A stretch of DNA of 64,000 bases, taken from positions 1 through 64,000 of IMG/VR virus record IMGVR_UViG_3300035698_011327. One strand, 5' to 3'. The DNA is from a virus. The position numbers and the translations under genes are program-made. The notes under the pieces are model-generated. The model had not been told where the DNA came from. It made no database searches and saw only the letters and a list, made by a program, of their open reading frames with translations. Shown here one piece after another: positions 28,093-36,677 of the stretch (position 1 is the stretch's first letter; each line of letters begins with the position of its first letter).

Positions 28093-28401
28093 ATGAATGT
28101 AAATGCTATCAGATCCATCATCAGCAATATCGATGGTGGGGGAACCGACGATCTAATTCTGGCGAAACAAAATGCTCAGCTGCTTTTGACTGGGTATGAA
28201 GAGGCAAATGTCTCTGCGCCTGATTGGGTTTACGATGGGATCAACGTCCTTAAGAGGGAGATTGATCACCGTAACAAGGCTGAGCTTGAGCTTCGGCTTA
28301 AGAAATTGAAAGCCCAGAGAGAAGGCCTGTCTACTATCGCTGAGAAGCGGAAATCTGCCGACGACGAGATTGAACGCCTTCAGAAGGCACTTAATGCCTA
28401 A
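28093..28401 (+). CDS. small coiled-coil protein co-transcribed with the vWA gene
   Basis: starts 1 nt after the previous stop; heptad pattern. Confidence 0.75.
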   Translation: MNVNAIRSIISNIDGGGTDDLILAKQNAQLLLTGYEEANVSAPDWVYDGINVLKREIDHRNKAELELRLKKLKAQREGLSTIAEKRKSADDEIERLQKALNA

Positions 28402-28409
28402 CCTTTTAC

Positions 28410-28431
28410 CGGGGTCACCTTCGGGTGACCC
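28410..28431 (+). terminator. UUCG-tetraloop hairpin
   Basis: GGGGTCACC-TTCG-GGTGACCCC perfect stem; no U-tract on the + strand. Confidence 0.55.
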
Positions 28432-28445
28432 CTAAAGGGGCTTAC

Positions 28446-29225
28446 ATGGAAATCACCCTCCTAGATACAAACAATCTAGCTCAAGAATTACTCATCATGA
28501 GCAAAAATACCAGACATCTTGACGACCCTAATGTCTGGGATCAAATCTTAAAAATGTCCGAAGCAGAAAAAGCCAAAGAGCTTGAGTATGTCTTCGGCAC
28601 AATCACTTCTGCTTTTGAGTTTGTAGATTATGTCTTTTTACTTAGGGACGTAACAAGAGCATTCACCCACCAAGTCGTCCGACACCGAGTCGGGACAAGC
28701 TTTGCTCAACAGAGTATGCGTGTCGCCCCGGCAGAAGCCTTTAAATATTTCGTGCCTGATGACCTTGAGAGAGATCAGTATCAGATTGCCGTCTACGATT
28801 CAACTATGATGAGCATACAGGAAGGATACAATCTCCTCCTAAATAAAGGCACAGACGTACAAGACGCACGTGGAGTACTCCCAACGAATATCTGTACGAA
28901 TATACTGATGAAGATTAACCTCCGTGCTTTGGCGTTGCTTATGGAGACTCGACTCTGTATTCGTGCACAAGGTGAATTTCAACAAGTGGCCTTGGCTATG
29001 AAAGAGATCGTATCTGAAATCCATCCTTGGGCTGCTCACCTGTTGTTTCCGATGTGTGTTGCTAAAAACCACTGCCAATTTATAAATTTTAAAGAGTGTC
29101 CTTTAAAAAACAAGTATCCACACCTACAACCTATTAAAGGCGATCTCAAATCGAAAGTTGAGAATGATTGGATGAAACTAATGGAACATAATTACTCTCC
29201 GCAACCAAAACAATCTATCATATAG
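28446..29225 (+). CDS. thyX: flavin-dependent thymidylate synthase
   Basis: TRAFTHQVVRHR....FAQQSMR, DARGVLP, RLCIRAQGE. Confidence 0.9.
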   Translation: MEITLLDTNNLAQELLIMSKNTRHLDDPNVWDQILKMSEAEKAKELEYVFGTITSAFEFVDYVFLLRDVTRAFTHQVVRHRVGTSFAQQSMRVAPAEAFKYFVPDDLERDQYQIAVYDSTMMSIQEGYNLLLNKGTDVQDARGVLPTNICTNILMKINLRALALLMETRLCIRAQGEFQQVALAMKEIVSEIHPWAAHLLFPMCVAKNHCQFINFKECPLKNKYPHLQPIKGDLKSKVENDWMKLMEHNYSPQPKQSII

Positions 29226-29233
29226 GGGGCAAA

Positions 29234-30211
29234 ATGGCAAAGAAAATGTCGATAGATGAGATGACCGATATAATAACAAACCCAAAAAGAAAGGCGATGC
29301 TCGACATAGGCTGCGGAATGAATAAGCGCAGCGAAAACCATATAGGCATAGATATTTCTGCACGTGTAGAGCCAGAGATCGTCTGTGACGTGACGAAACA
29401 AGAACTCCCGTTTGAAGCTAATAGCATAGATGTCATTAACTCAGCCCATACTTTTGAACACTTCTCCAAAGAAGAACTCATGGTAGTTATGAACGAGTGC
29501 TGGAGAGTGCTTAAATGGGGAGGTGAGCTTTTCATTCAAGTTCCGCATAGAGATTGTGAATTAGCAGCACAAGACCCAACCCACAAGAACACTTTCGTTC
29601 AAAGCAGTATGAAGTTTTTCTGCGGAGACTATCTCGTTAAGTATGGCCTTGACTATCCGATCAAGTGTATCTTCCGTGAATTTATGAATACACACGATAA
29701 GGTGCCAGGAAAAGCTCCGACATATATCACGATGATAAAATTCGGCTTAAAAAAAGACTTGAAGCATTGGAGGAAACTTGTCGGGAAATTTCCTTTTGGT
29801 GGGAAACTTAAACAGCGTGCTCTTAAGCTTGACATGGTAACAGACGTTATAAAGGAGCAGAAAAAACTCCGCTTTGATCCAGAGTGGTATAGCGATACCA
29901 CTTGGAACACAAAGCATAACGTTGAATTCTCTGGTGTTATGAAGCGTACCGCTAAGCAAGCAATCAATAAGCACTTTAGAAGGATGATGAAGATAAAGGC
30001 TGATGCGACAAAGCGGTACGGCACGAACCCTGCTCACCTTGGGGTTAAGGGTCTTTTCGCAGACCTTAACAGGAAGAATGAAAGGCTGAAACAGTATATG
30101 TGGGAAGGTGAGAAGGTGACGTCAGAGGATATCAAAGATACGCTCTATGATAATGCTATATATTCAATATTAGCAGTCATGGAGATTGAAGAGGAGGAGA
30201 ATGATGTCTAA
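29234..30211 (+). CDS. class I SAM methyltransferase fused to a DUF1599/MazG-like helical domain
   Basis: LDIGCG, HTFEH, ECWRVLKWGG, QDPTH; C-terminal KRYG...RK.ERL...EDIKDTLYD.AIY. Confidence 0.7.
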   Translation: MAKKMSIDEMTDIITNPKRKAMLDIGCGMNKRSENHIGIDISARVEPEIVCDVTKQELPFEANSIDVINSAHTFEHFSKEELMVVMNECWRVLKWGGELFIQVPHRDCELAAQDPTHKNTFVQSSMKFFCGDYLVKYGLDYPIKCIFREFMNTHDKVPGKAPTYITMIKFGLKKDLKHWRKLVGKFPFGGKLKQRALKLDMVTDVIKEQKKLRFDPEWYSDTTWNTKHNVEFSGVMKRTAKQAINKHFRRMMKIKADATKRYGTNPAHLGVKGLFADLNRKNERLKQYMWEGEKVTSEDIKDTLYDNAIYSILAVMEIEEEENDV

Positions 30212-30614
30212 AGTATTAGAAGGGAAGGTTGTTGCAGTCGATTTCGATGGCACAATCGTAGGGTATACCGGCTGGAAAGGCGTAGGCGTTTTTGGTAAAG
30301 TCCTTGACGGTGCTAAGTGGGCGTTAGATCAGATGAAGAAAGAAGGAGCGACGATAATCATCAATACGTGTAGACGTGAAGTTGATATCGTGAACTCTTA
30401 TCTGATTGACAACGAAATAGAATTTGATTACATAAACTTTAACCCTGAGAATAAAAAACTTAAACTGAGTGATAGCAAAGTCAAGGCTGACTTTTATATC
30501 GACGACAAAGGTATATCATTCAGAGGAGATTGGCGAGAGACATATCTAAGCCTTATTAATTTCAAGACACATTGGGAGCGAGATGGCAGCGCCATATCGA
30601 GTGATACGGTTTGA
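30204..30614 (+). CDS. HAD-superfamily hydrolase
   Basis: VAVDFDGTI, IIINTCR, KVKADFYIDDK. Confidence 0.85.
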   Translation: MSKVLEGKVVAVDFDGTIVGYTGWKGVGVFGKVLDGAKWALDQMKKEGATIIINTCRREVDIVNSYLIDNEIEFDYINFNPENKKLKLSDSKVKADFYIDDKGISFRGDWRETYLSLINFKTHWERDGSAISSDTV

Positions 30615-30799
30615 CAGAAAGGGCCATGAGCGTAACAGAAGTTGCTGAAGAAGTCAAGAATGTTGTTTTCTTTCTTGAAGAAAAGGGGTATACTCCTATG
30701 CAAATCACAGCTATCTGTGCCTCAGCAACTTCTACAGCAAAAGAAACGATGGCCCTTCTGAGTATGATTGATTATGTTAGAAGGAACATAAAAGATTAA
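30611..30799 (+). CDS. hypothetical protein
   Basis: 62-aa in-operon ORF. Confidence 0.5.
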   Translation: MTERAMSVTEVAEEVKNVVFFLEEKGYTPMQITAICASATSTAKETMALLSMIDYVRRNIKD

Positions 30800-30940
30800 A
30801 GGCGGGAGACATGGTAGGAAATGGTGCGATTATCATAGCAGGCCGCTTTGTAGCACTATCTTCCGGTTCGACTCCGGTGAGAATGCCTCGGTGGACGCAC
30901 GATGACCTCGTTGCGAGCAAGTTCGACTCTTGCACCGCCT
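30800..30940 (+). ncRNA. tRNA-like RNA with two T-loop hairpins
   Basis: AGGCGG/CCGCCT terminal stem; CCGG-TTCGACT-CCGG and GCAAG-TTCGACT-CTTGC. Confidence 0.55.
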
Positions 30941-30947
30941 AATTAAC

Positions 30948-31023
30948 GGTCTCATAGCTCAGCTGGAAGAGCCTTCGGCTCATAACCGAAATGTCCTTGG
31001 TTCGAACCCAAGTGAGACCACCA
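30948..31023 (+). tRNA. tRNA with CAT anticodon (elongator Met or Ile2)
   Basis: cloverleaf, TTCGG-CTCATAA-CCGAA, encoded CCA. Confidence 0.9.
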
Positions 31024-31024
31024 T

Positions 31025-31099
31025 AGTCCCATAGCTCAACTGGTAGAGCACATGACTGATAATCGTGGTACTTAAGTTCAATTCTTAATGGGACTACCA
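31025..31099 (+). tRNA. tRNA-Ile(GAT)
   Basis: cloverleaf, CATGA-CTGATAA-TCGTG, encoded CCA. Confidence 0.85.
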
Positions 31100-31118
31100 A
31101 ACGATAGAAAGGAGAAAG

Positions 31119-31868
31119 ATGGCGAAGAAACTGTATGAACTGTTAGCAACAGAAAGCGAATTGGCAGGGGTATTCAAGAATATTATAACCGAGACAGGGA
31201 CTAATTTCTTGAAGAAAGCAGATCGGTACACTGGGTACCATACAGAAGTCAAATATTTTGACGAGAGTGCTCCAAGAGAAGCAGATACTCACGTTAAAGT
31301 AGACGATACTGTTCCAAGTAAGCTTGCTTATACAGCTGGTCACATTACAGCGTATCTTGACGCCGTATTACAGAAAGAGTCTGCTAACCAAAAAGCCATG
31401 GCTGACGTCGTAATTGACGGCGTGGTTATAGCAACTGATGTACCAGCGACATTCCTTCTTGGGCTTGAAACTAAGTTAAAGAAAGTAAGGGACGAAGTGT
31501 ATGCGAAGATCCCTACATTACAACCCAGTATCCACTGGGATGTAGATACGAACGAGATGGAAGGTGTCTTCAAAAAGAGAGACTCTGATGAGAAATTCAG
31601 AACGAAGAAGATGATGAAGAACCATGTCCGTGCTGCCGCTACCGACAAACATCCTGCTCAAGTCGATGTCTATAATGAGGATGAGAAGATAGCAAGAATC
31701 GTTACGGATACCTGGTGTGGGATGATCTCTTCTGCTGAGAAGTCAAGGCTTTTGAATAAGGTCGATGCTTTAATCAGAGCAGTAAAGACCGCAAGGCAGA
31801 GAGCTAATTCTGTAAAGGTCGATGATGTGAAAATTGGCGAGAAACTTTTTGGTTTTATTAATTCATAA
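31119..31868 (+). CDS. coiled-coil protein of unknown function followed by a structured RNA
   Basis: 249 aa; VPATFLLGLE, ATDKHPAQV, AVKTARQRAN; strong RBS. Confidence 0.75.
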   Translation: MAKKLYELLATESELAGVFKNIITETGTNFLKKADRYTGYHTEVKYFDESAPREADTHVKVDDTVPSKLAYTAGHITAYLDAVLQKESANQKAMADVVIDGVVIATDVPATFLLGLETKLKKVRDEVYAKIPTLQPSIHWDVDTNEMEGVFKKRDSDEKFRTKKMMKNHVRAAATDKHPAQVDVYNEDEKIARIVTDTWCGMISSAEKSRLLNKVDALIRAVKTARQRANSVKVDDVKIGEKLFGFINS

Positions 31869-31871
31869 GAT

Positions 31872-32150
31872 TGGGATAGCGTCAGCTTCAATGCCTTTAA
31901 GAGTCAAGGCGCAAAACAAGCTAACCCCTGAAGGTTAGTCTTGAAACAAAGTCCATGGCTCAAGGTATCAAACTCAGATTCAAATTTAGCGTGAAACCCA
32001 ATAGCTTCAAGGCAGGGTTCTATAGAATTGTTGAAAGTCGATACACTACACCCTGGGTCGTGGGTTCGAATCCCTCCCCAGCCCCCAAAAATTATGGCTG
32101 GGTAGCTCAGTGGAAGAGCAAGGGTCTTAATCAAATTGATACGACTTTTC
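31872..32150 (+). ncRNA. ncRNA with hexamer repeats and a circularly permuted tRNA mimic
   Basis: T-arm 32060-32076, CCCAGCC-C-CCA, 8-nt linker, GGCTGGG, D-arm 32105-32119, ACCCT/AGGGT stem leading out. Confidence 0.7.
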
Positions 32151-32224
32151 AATATACTTCATAGACGAGCCGTCATAACTTATTACGCAATGGTTAATAT
32201 CCATTAAATAAAATGACATAGACA

Positions 32225-32259
32225 GGGGCGGTGGCTCAAGGAATGCTACCGCCCCATTT
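32225..32259 (+). terminator. probable intrinsic terminator
   Basis: GGGGCGGTGGC...GCTACCGCCCC followed by ATTT. Confidence 0.6.
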
Positions 32260-32270
32260 CAAACAGTTAA

Positions 32271-32349
32271 TGCGGGGTGGCCTAGTCCGGTCCAAGGCAT
32301 GTGGCTCATAACCACAAAATCGTGGGTTCGAATCCCACCCCCGCTACCA
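32271..32349 (+). tRNA. tRNA-Met(CAT), initiator-like
   Basis: cloverleaf with 1:72 mismatch, GCGGGG acceptor, TGTGG-CTCATAA-CCACA, CCA. Confidence 0.85.
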
Positions 32350-32375
32350 AAAACTAACAGAAGGGAGGTGAATAT

Positions 32376-32825
32376 ATGGAAGGCTTTATTAGCAACGTTA
32401 TTAGCAATATGCTGCCTATCGCTTTAATCTGTGTAGTTGCGTTGATATTTATCTATGCTGCTTCTGGTATCATAATACATTATGTAAGAAAGTCAAATAC
32501 GAAGGACGAAGACAACGAATCCATCAATGTGATTAAGATGGTAAGAGGCATAGCATGTGCTGCAACCTTATTTGTAGGCGTTCTTGCAGGTGTAGTTTTT
32601 GCTGTTTTCTTATCGAATCCTTTTGGTAGCAATAAAGAAGTTATGCCTAGGGCAATCTCTGACGAATCTTTTTCTTCTCCAGCTAAAGCTGAAATTAAAG
32701 TATCAAACAAGATAGCTGTTAGTGAAAAAGCAGTTGAGCTGAAGAAAGATGCTACGGCTAATAACAATGCTGCTATGTCCGAGATCGACAAGTTGGTCAA
32801 TGATTCTGCGGTAAAAGCAGAATAA
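32376..32825 (+). CDS. two-TM membrane protein
   Basis: two hydrophobic helices; adjacent to the SPFH gene. Confidence 0.75.
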   Translation: MEGFISNVISNMLPIALICVVALIFIYAASGIIIHYVRKSNTKDEDNESINVIKMVRGIACAATLFVGVLAGVVFAVFLSNPFGSNKEVMPRAISDESFSSPAKAEIKVSNKIAVSEKAVELKKDATANNNAAMSEIDKLVNDSAVKAE

Positions 32826-32848
32826 ACAAAACGCCTTAATAGGAGGAA

Positions 32849-33778
32849 GTGAAAATGAAAAAGGGGCTATTTATTTTAATCGCTGTTATTATGTCGGCGT
32901 TTTTTCTGGTTAGATGCGGTAATGTTGTCCCGCCTGGGATGACAGTCATCATCGTAAAGCCTGATGGCGAGACTACCATCCACAAGAATGGGGCTTACAA
33001 AGCTTGGAACAGAGACAGAGCCTATTTTGTAGATGGCAAATTGAAGTCTTTTAAAAAGGACTTGAAGATACTTTGTGCTGACGATATCAATATGAGCGTA
33101 AGTGTAAAGTGGGTTGGGTCTTTTCTTGTTACAGACCAGACAATCAGTGTCATAAAGGCAAAGGTTCCTGCTAAGACTGCTAATATAGAAGGCAATGAAG
33201 TCCAGCAGCTATCTCTCGATGCGTTCTTTAGGATTGCGATGGCAGATATCATGTCAAGTATTACACGTGATACCGTATCGCCTTATAACACAGATAACAT
33301 CAGAGAGCAAAGAGACGTTATCCGTCAGGCTATAAAGAAAGAATTTCTTAAGCGGATGAAAGAGTTGAAGTATCCTATATCAACTGCCGACCTGCTTATA
33401 ACGAATCTTGATTATCCTAAAAATGTAACGGCGATGAGACAAAAGATCAAGCATGCTGAGCTAGCGGACTTAGAGAACGCTGCGATAGCAAAGGCGAATG
33501 TTGCTAAAGCTAAACGTGACGCTGAGCTTGAATCTGAGAGAGGCAAGGCGAGTATCGTTAAAGCCAAGATCGATGCTGCCGCTAACAAAATCAGATCGAC
33601 AAGTCTTACTCCAGCCATCCTTGCCGTAAAGCAACTTGAGACTTTAGTGACGCTTGCTCAAGGAACAAACAACACAGTCGTTGTAATCCCCTTTGATGCA
33701 ATCAGGCCTGGTGGTCTACAAGATACGATCCTGATGAAAAGCGCAATTGATAACGGGAAAAGGATAGCGACGAAATAG
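32849..33778 (+). CDS. SPFH/band-7 family membrane protein
   Basis: N-terminal TM/lipobox, VPPG, ITNLDYP, Ala/Glu coiled coil, SLTP.IL. Confidence 0.8.
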   Translation: MKMKKGLFILIAVIMSAFFLVRCGNVVPPGMTVIIVKPDGETTIHKNGAYKAWNRDRAYFVDGKLKSFKKDLKILCADDINMSVSVKWVGSFLVTDQTISVIKAKVPAKTANIEGNEVQQLSLDAFFRIAMADIMSSITRDTVSPYNTDNIREQRDVIRQAIKKEFLKRMKELKYPISTADLLITNLDYPKNVTAMRQKIKHAELADLENAAIAKANVAKAKRDAELESERGKASIVKAKIDAAANKIRSTSLTPAILAVKQLETLVTLAQGTNNTVVVIPFDAIRPGGLQDTILMKSAIDNGKRIATK

Positions 33779-33820
33779 TTTTTAGTCAGAAGGGGTGGCA
33801 TCCGGTGGATGCTCCTCCTT

Positions 33821-33896
33821 GTGGCCGAAGGCAACTTGATGCGCCGATGGGATGTGGCCCCATTGTAAGAGGGTTTGAATCCCTCCGGTCACCCCA
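33821..33896 (+). tRNA. tRNA-His(GTG), atypical
   Basis: GTGGCCG/CGGTCAC, C73, ATGGG-ATGTGGC-CCCAT, CCA; no encoded G-1, TTTG in T-loop. Confidence 0.75.
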
Positions 33897-33899
33897 CTA

Positions 33900-33974
33900 G
33901 CTCCGGTCGTCTAACGGTAAGGATATGGGCCTTTCACGCCCACGATCAGAGTTCGATTCTCTGTCGGAGCACCA
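33900..33974 (+). tRNA. tRNA-Glu(TTC)
   Basis: cloverleaf, TGGGC-CTTTCAC-GCCCA, CCA. Confidence 0.9.
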
Positions 33975-34119
33975 AAGGAGTATATGGACCACGGAGATGT
34001 ACCTCTCACTCCACCTGAGATAGTCAAACGGAGAGCAAGGTTAGAAAATTTTCGAGTGAGAAGAAAAAAATTCAAGGAGAATTGGCGTATAACTAAATAT
34101 AGGATAGGAGATAATAAAA

Positions 34120-35022
34120 GTGAGGGATATAAGACTGTTGAAAGGCAAAGTAGGGATAATTCTACCAACATGTAACCCTGATGTCGTTTTCAAAGACCTG
34201 CTTCCATCCGTCAAATATATTTCTGAGTTATCAGATATAGCGACATTCCTTATAAACTTCAACGGCCCTGAATGGGATAGCATAAAGATTGAAGAATGTG
34301 TTCGGCAGCTAAACGACTTTGGATTTGTAGTCAAGTGGGATCATACAGGCATATGGGATAGACCTATAAAGCTAATTATGATGAGAGAGCTTACGGCTGC
34401 TCTTGAACCTAACTGCGACCTATATCTTTTTGTAGACGATGACTTTAGATTTGTTGAGAAGACAGCCAAGTATCCTTTCTCATCCGGTGAGAGATACCTT
34501 CACTCTATAGACTACATAATGAGATTCCCTAAGTGCGGCGTGCTTAATACAAAATCCTTCCTTGGCGGTGCTCACCAGAAACTCAAGATAATAAATACTA
34601 AAGATGATATGGTCGCAACGAATCGTGGCCTATTCCTCCGAAACATGATAGACCACGGATTCTTCTTAGCGCCAGAAGACACATGGGATATACCTGGCGG
34701 GTTAGAAGAAACTCTGATGTCGATGTGTCGAGTCGAGAGAGGGTATTGGTGCGGAAAACAGATGACAAACCCGACTGTTCACATAACAGGAAAATTATCT
34801 GATTACGATAATAAGCCTGAGAATTTCCATAACATAAGCTTAATCGATAATAACATAGGTGATTATCTTAGAAGGCGGTATGACGATTGGGAATGGATGT
34901 ACGAAGAAAAACGTTGGCCTAAAAAACTGTGGGAGATGTATGCTAAGAACGGTGGCCTTGATATGAAACCGGCTGATCCAAAATATACAGTGGATTATGC
35001 TGAGCTTTATCCAAATTGGTAA
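34120..35022 (+). CDS. GT-A fold glycosyltransferase-like protein
   Basis: VGIILPT, LYLFVDDDF (DxD), GGLEE. Confidence 0.65.
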   Translation: MRDIRLLKGKVGIILPTCNPDVVFKDLLPSVKYISELSDIATFLINFNGPEWDSIKIEECVRQLNDFGFVVKWDHTGIWDRPIKLIMMRELTAALEPNCDLYLFVDDDFRFVEKTAKYPFSSGERYLHSIDYIMRFPKCGVLNTKSFLGGAHQKLKIINTKDDMVATNRGLFLRNMIDHGFFLAPEDTWDIPGGLEETLMSMCRVERGYWCGKQMTNPTVHITGKLSDYDNKPENFHNISLIDNNIGDYLRRRYDDWEWMYEEKRWPKKLWEMYAKNGGLDMKPADPKYTVDYAELYPNW

Positions 35023-35227
35023 CTTTAATATGAATAAGAAACCAAAAAGACAAGATAGCTGATCTTTGCGTACACCTTGAGAACAAGTACAAGTATCCAG
35101 AGACGGACAACGTAGTTGCTCTTAAGCTGGCTATAGAGAATGACGAAGAAGCTGTAGTCAAGCTTGCTAACAACTGGGGAGAAAAAGAAAGAGGCGAGTT
35201 GCCTTTGGCGGCTTGTATGTAGAATTT

Positions 35228-35329
35228 GTGGCAGTGGCTGAATAGAGCAGAGACTGAAGAGTGAACCTCATCTCAAAGCACTCCGTCACGGAGATCCATA
35301 AAGGTACAGGTTAAAGTCCTGTCTGCCAC
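35228..35329 (+). pseudogene. degenerate tRNA-like element
   Basis: GTGGCAG/CTGCCAC acceptor and ACAGG/CCTGT T-arm, expanded D region, no canonical anticodon loop, no CCA. Confidence 0.5.
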
Positions 35330-35337
35330 TTAACAGC

Positions 35338-35414
35338 GTATCGGTAGCTCAACTAGGTAGAGCGCTGGACTCCAAACCCAGTGGTTGAAGGTTCGATTCC
35401 TTCCCGGTGCGCCA
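35338..35414 (+). tRNA. tRNA-Trp(CCA)
   Basis: cloverleaf, loop CTCCAAA, G73, CCA. Confidence 0.85.
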
Positions 35415-35432
35415 ACCTTAAAAGGAGGCAAT

Positions 35433-35702
35433 GTGAAAATTGAAGGTGAGTTCAGAACAGACTTTATTGAGTTATTTAGGTTATATACATTTATCATTAA
35501 GATAACACATGCGCAGTCTTCCCCATTCATCGTCGTGACTCCAAAAAAGATGGAGATGTTTACTCACGTCACGACTCTTATAAACTCGAAATATAACAAG
35601 AATACTGTTGTGTTACAATCCTGGCCTGGTAGCTACAAGACTGATTGTTTTGTATTTACCCTTGGTGATCTAAGAGATTATGCTTCAATACATTCGTGGT
35701 AA
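35433..35702 (+). CDS. hypothetical protein
   Basis: ORF track start 35385 lies inside the tRNA; AGGAGG RBS favours GTG at 35433. Confidence 0.55.
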   Translation: MKIEGEFRTDFIELFRLYTFIIKITHAQSSPFIVVTPKKMEMFTHVTTLINSKYNKNTVVLQSWPGSYKTDCFVFTLGDLRDYASIHSW

Positions 35703-35722
35703 ATAATAAGAGGAGGTGAATT

Positions 35723-36271
35723 ATGAGTCAATGGACTCATGTAAACGGTAACATCCGATACGATTCTATGGCCCACGCTGGATCAACTATTGGAGGGAAT
35801 AAGACAGAAGAAGAACATGCTGTAGAAAAAGCAGCTAGGTGCGAGCAAATCGATCTTATTTTCTTCCAAGAAATCAAAGAGATATTAGGGGAGATGATAG
35901 GCTACGAGCACGTTGGCTTATTTGGAGAGGATGGCGGGAACTGTCCTCAATCTCACATCCCGTGCGGTAGTGAAGGCAGTATAGAATACGAGGCAATTAA
36001 ATGTGATCGTGGATATAATGTTATTATTTGGGGCGACCTTCGCAACTACGGGGATTCAGACACGAAGAAGGAAATCTTCCCGTGGTTCGAAAAGGTGATA
36101 GCCGGTGAGCTTACCGACCTTATCTTTGTTAGATCTGCTATCCTTCACGTCCAAGTGGAATATGGAAATGATTATATCATTCTTAGGGACGATGATTCAA
36201 TAGGGGATAAAGATAGGCCCCGTACCATAGTTCACGATCTTGGTAAGAAAAACCGGAAATTACAGATATAA
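35723..36271 (+). CDS. hypothetical phage protein
   Basis: MSQWTHV...PCGSEGS...IWGDLR, strong RBS. Confidence 0.75.
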   Translation: MSQWTHVNGNIRYDSMAHAGSTIGGNKTEEEHAVEKAARCEQIDLIFFQEIKEILGEMIGYEHVGLFGEDGGNCPQSHIPCGSEGSIEYEAIKCDRGYNVIIWGDLRNYGDSDTKKEIFPWFEKVIAGELTDLIFVRSAILHVQVEYGNDYIILRDDDSIGDKDRPRTIVHDLGKKNRKLQI

Positions 36272-36281
36272 CTAATAAAGT

Positions 36282-36358
36282 CTTGGTGTAGCCGAGTCTG
36301 GTACGGCACCTGCCCTGGGAGCAGGGGATCGGGGGTTCAAATCCCTCCACCGAGACCA
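36282..36358 (+). tRNA. tRNA-Pro(TGG), C at position 33
   Basis: C1-G72, A73, CCTGC-CCTGGGA-GCAGG, CCA. Confidence 0.85.
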
Positions 36359-36374
36359 ATTAAAAGGAGAAGAA

Positions 36375-36677
36375 ATGATAGTTAACGGGAAAGAATATCC
36401 TCTATGGAGTCAATTTATAGAGAAAAAAGCAGACTTCATAGGGAAGAAACTTGTTTCTATTGATGAGGGTCAAGAAGCACAGACAATAGTGACAGATCTA
36501 ACATTAGAACCAAATGGTAAAGACTCTGCCATGTTCCGAGTACACGGCAAAGATTTCAATTGCGGTTTCGATGTTCATCATGGTGGTATATCTGGAGATG
36601 CTGAAGGAGTAGAACAAGGCTATATATCATTTTCATCTACATACTGTGGGACGTTTAGGATATACCATGCTAAATAA
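36375..36677 (+). CDS. hypothetical protein
   Basis: AAGGAG RBS, 100 aa. Confidence 0.7.
   Translation: MIVNGKEYPLWSQFIEKKADFIGKKLVSIDEGQEAQTIVTDLTLEPNGKDSAMFRVHGKDFNCGFDVHHGGISGDAEGVEQGYISFSSTYCGTFRIYHAK

Noticed and set aside
31904-32164. ORFs 31955-32164 (+) and 31904-32152 (-)
   Set aside because: They translate tRNA-like arms (VVGSNP, WVAQW), typical of spurious ORFs over structural RNA
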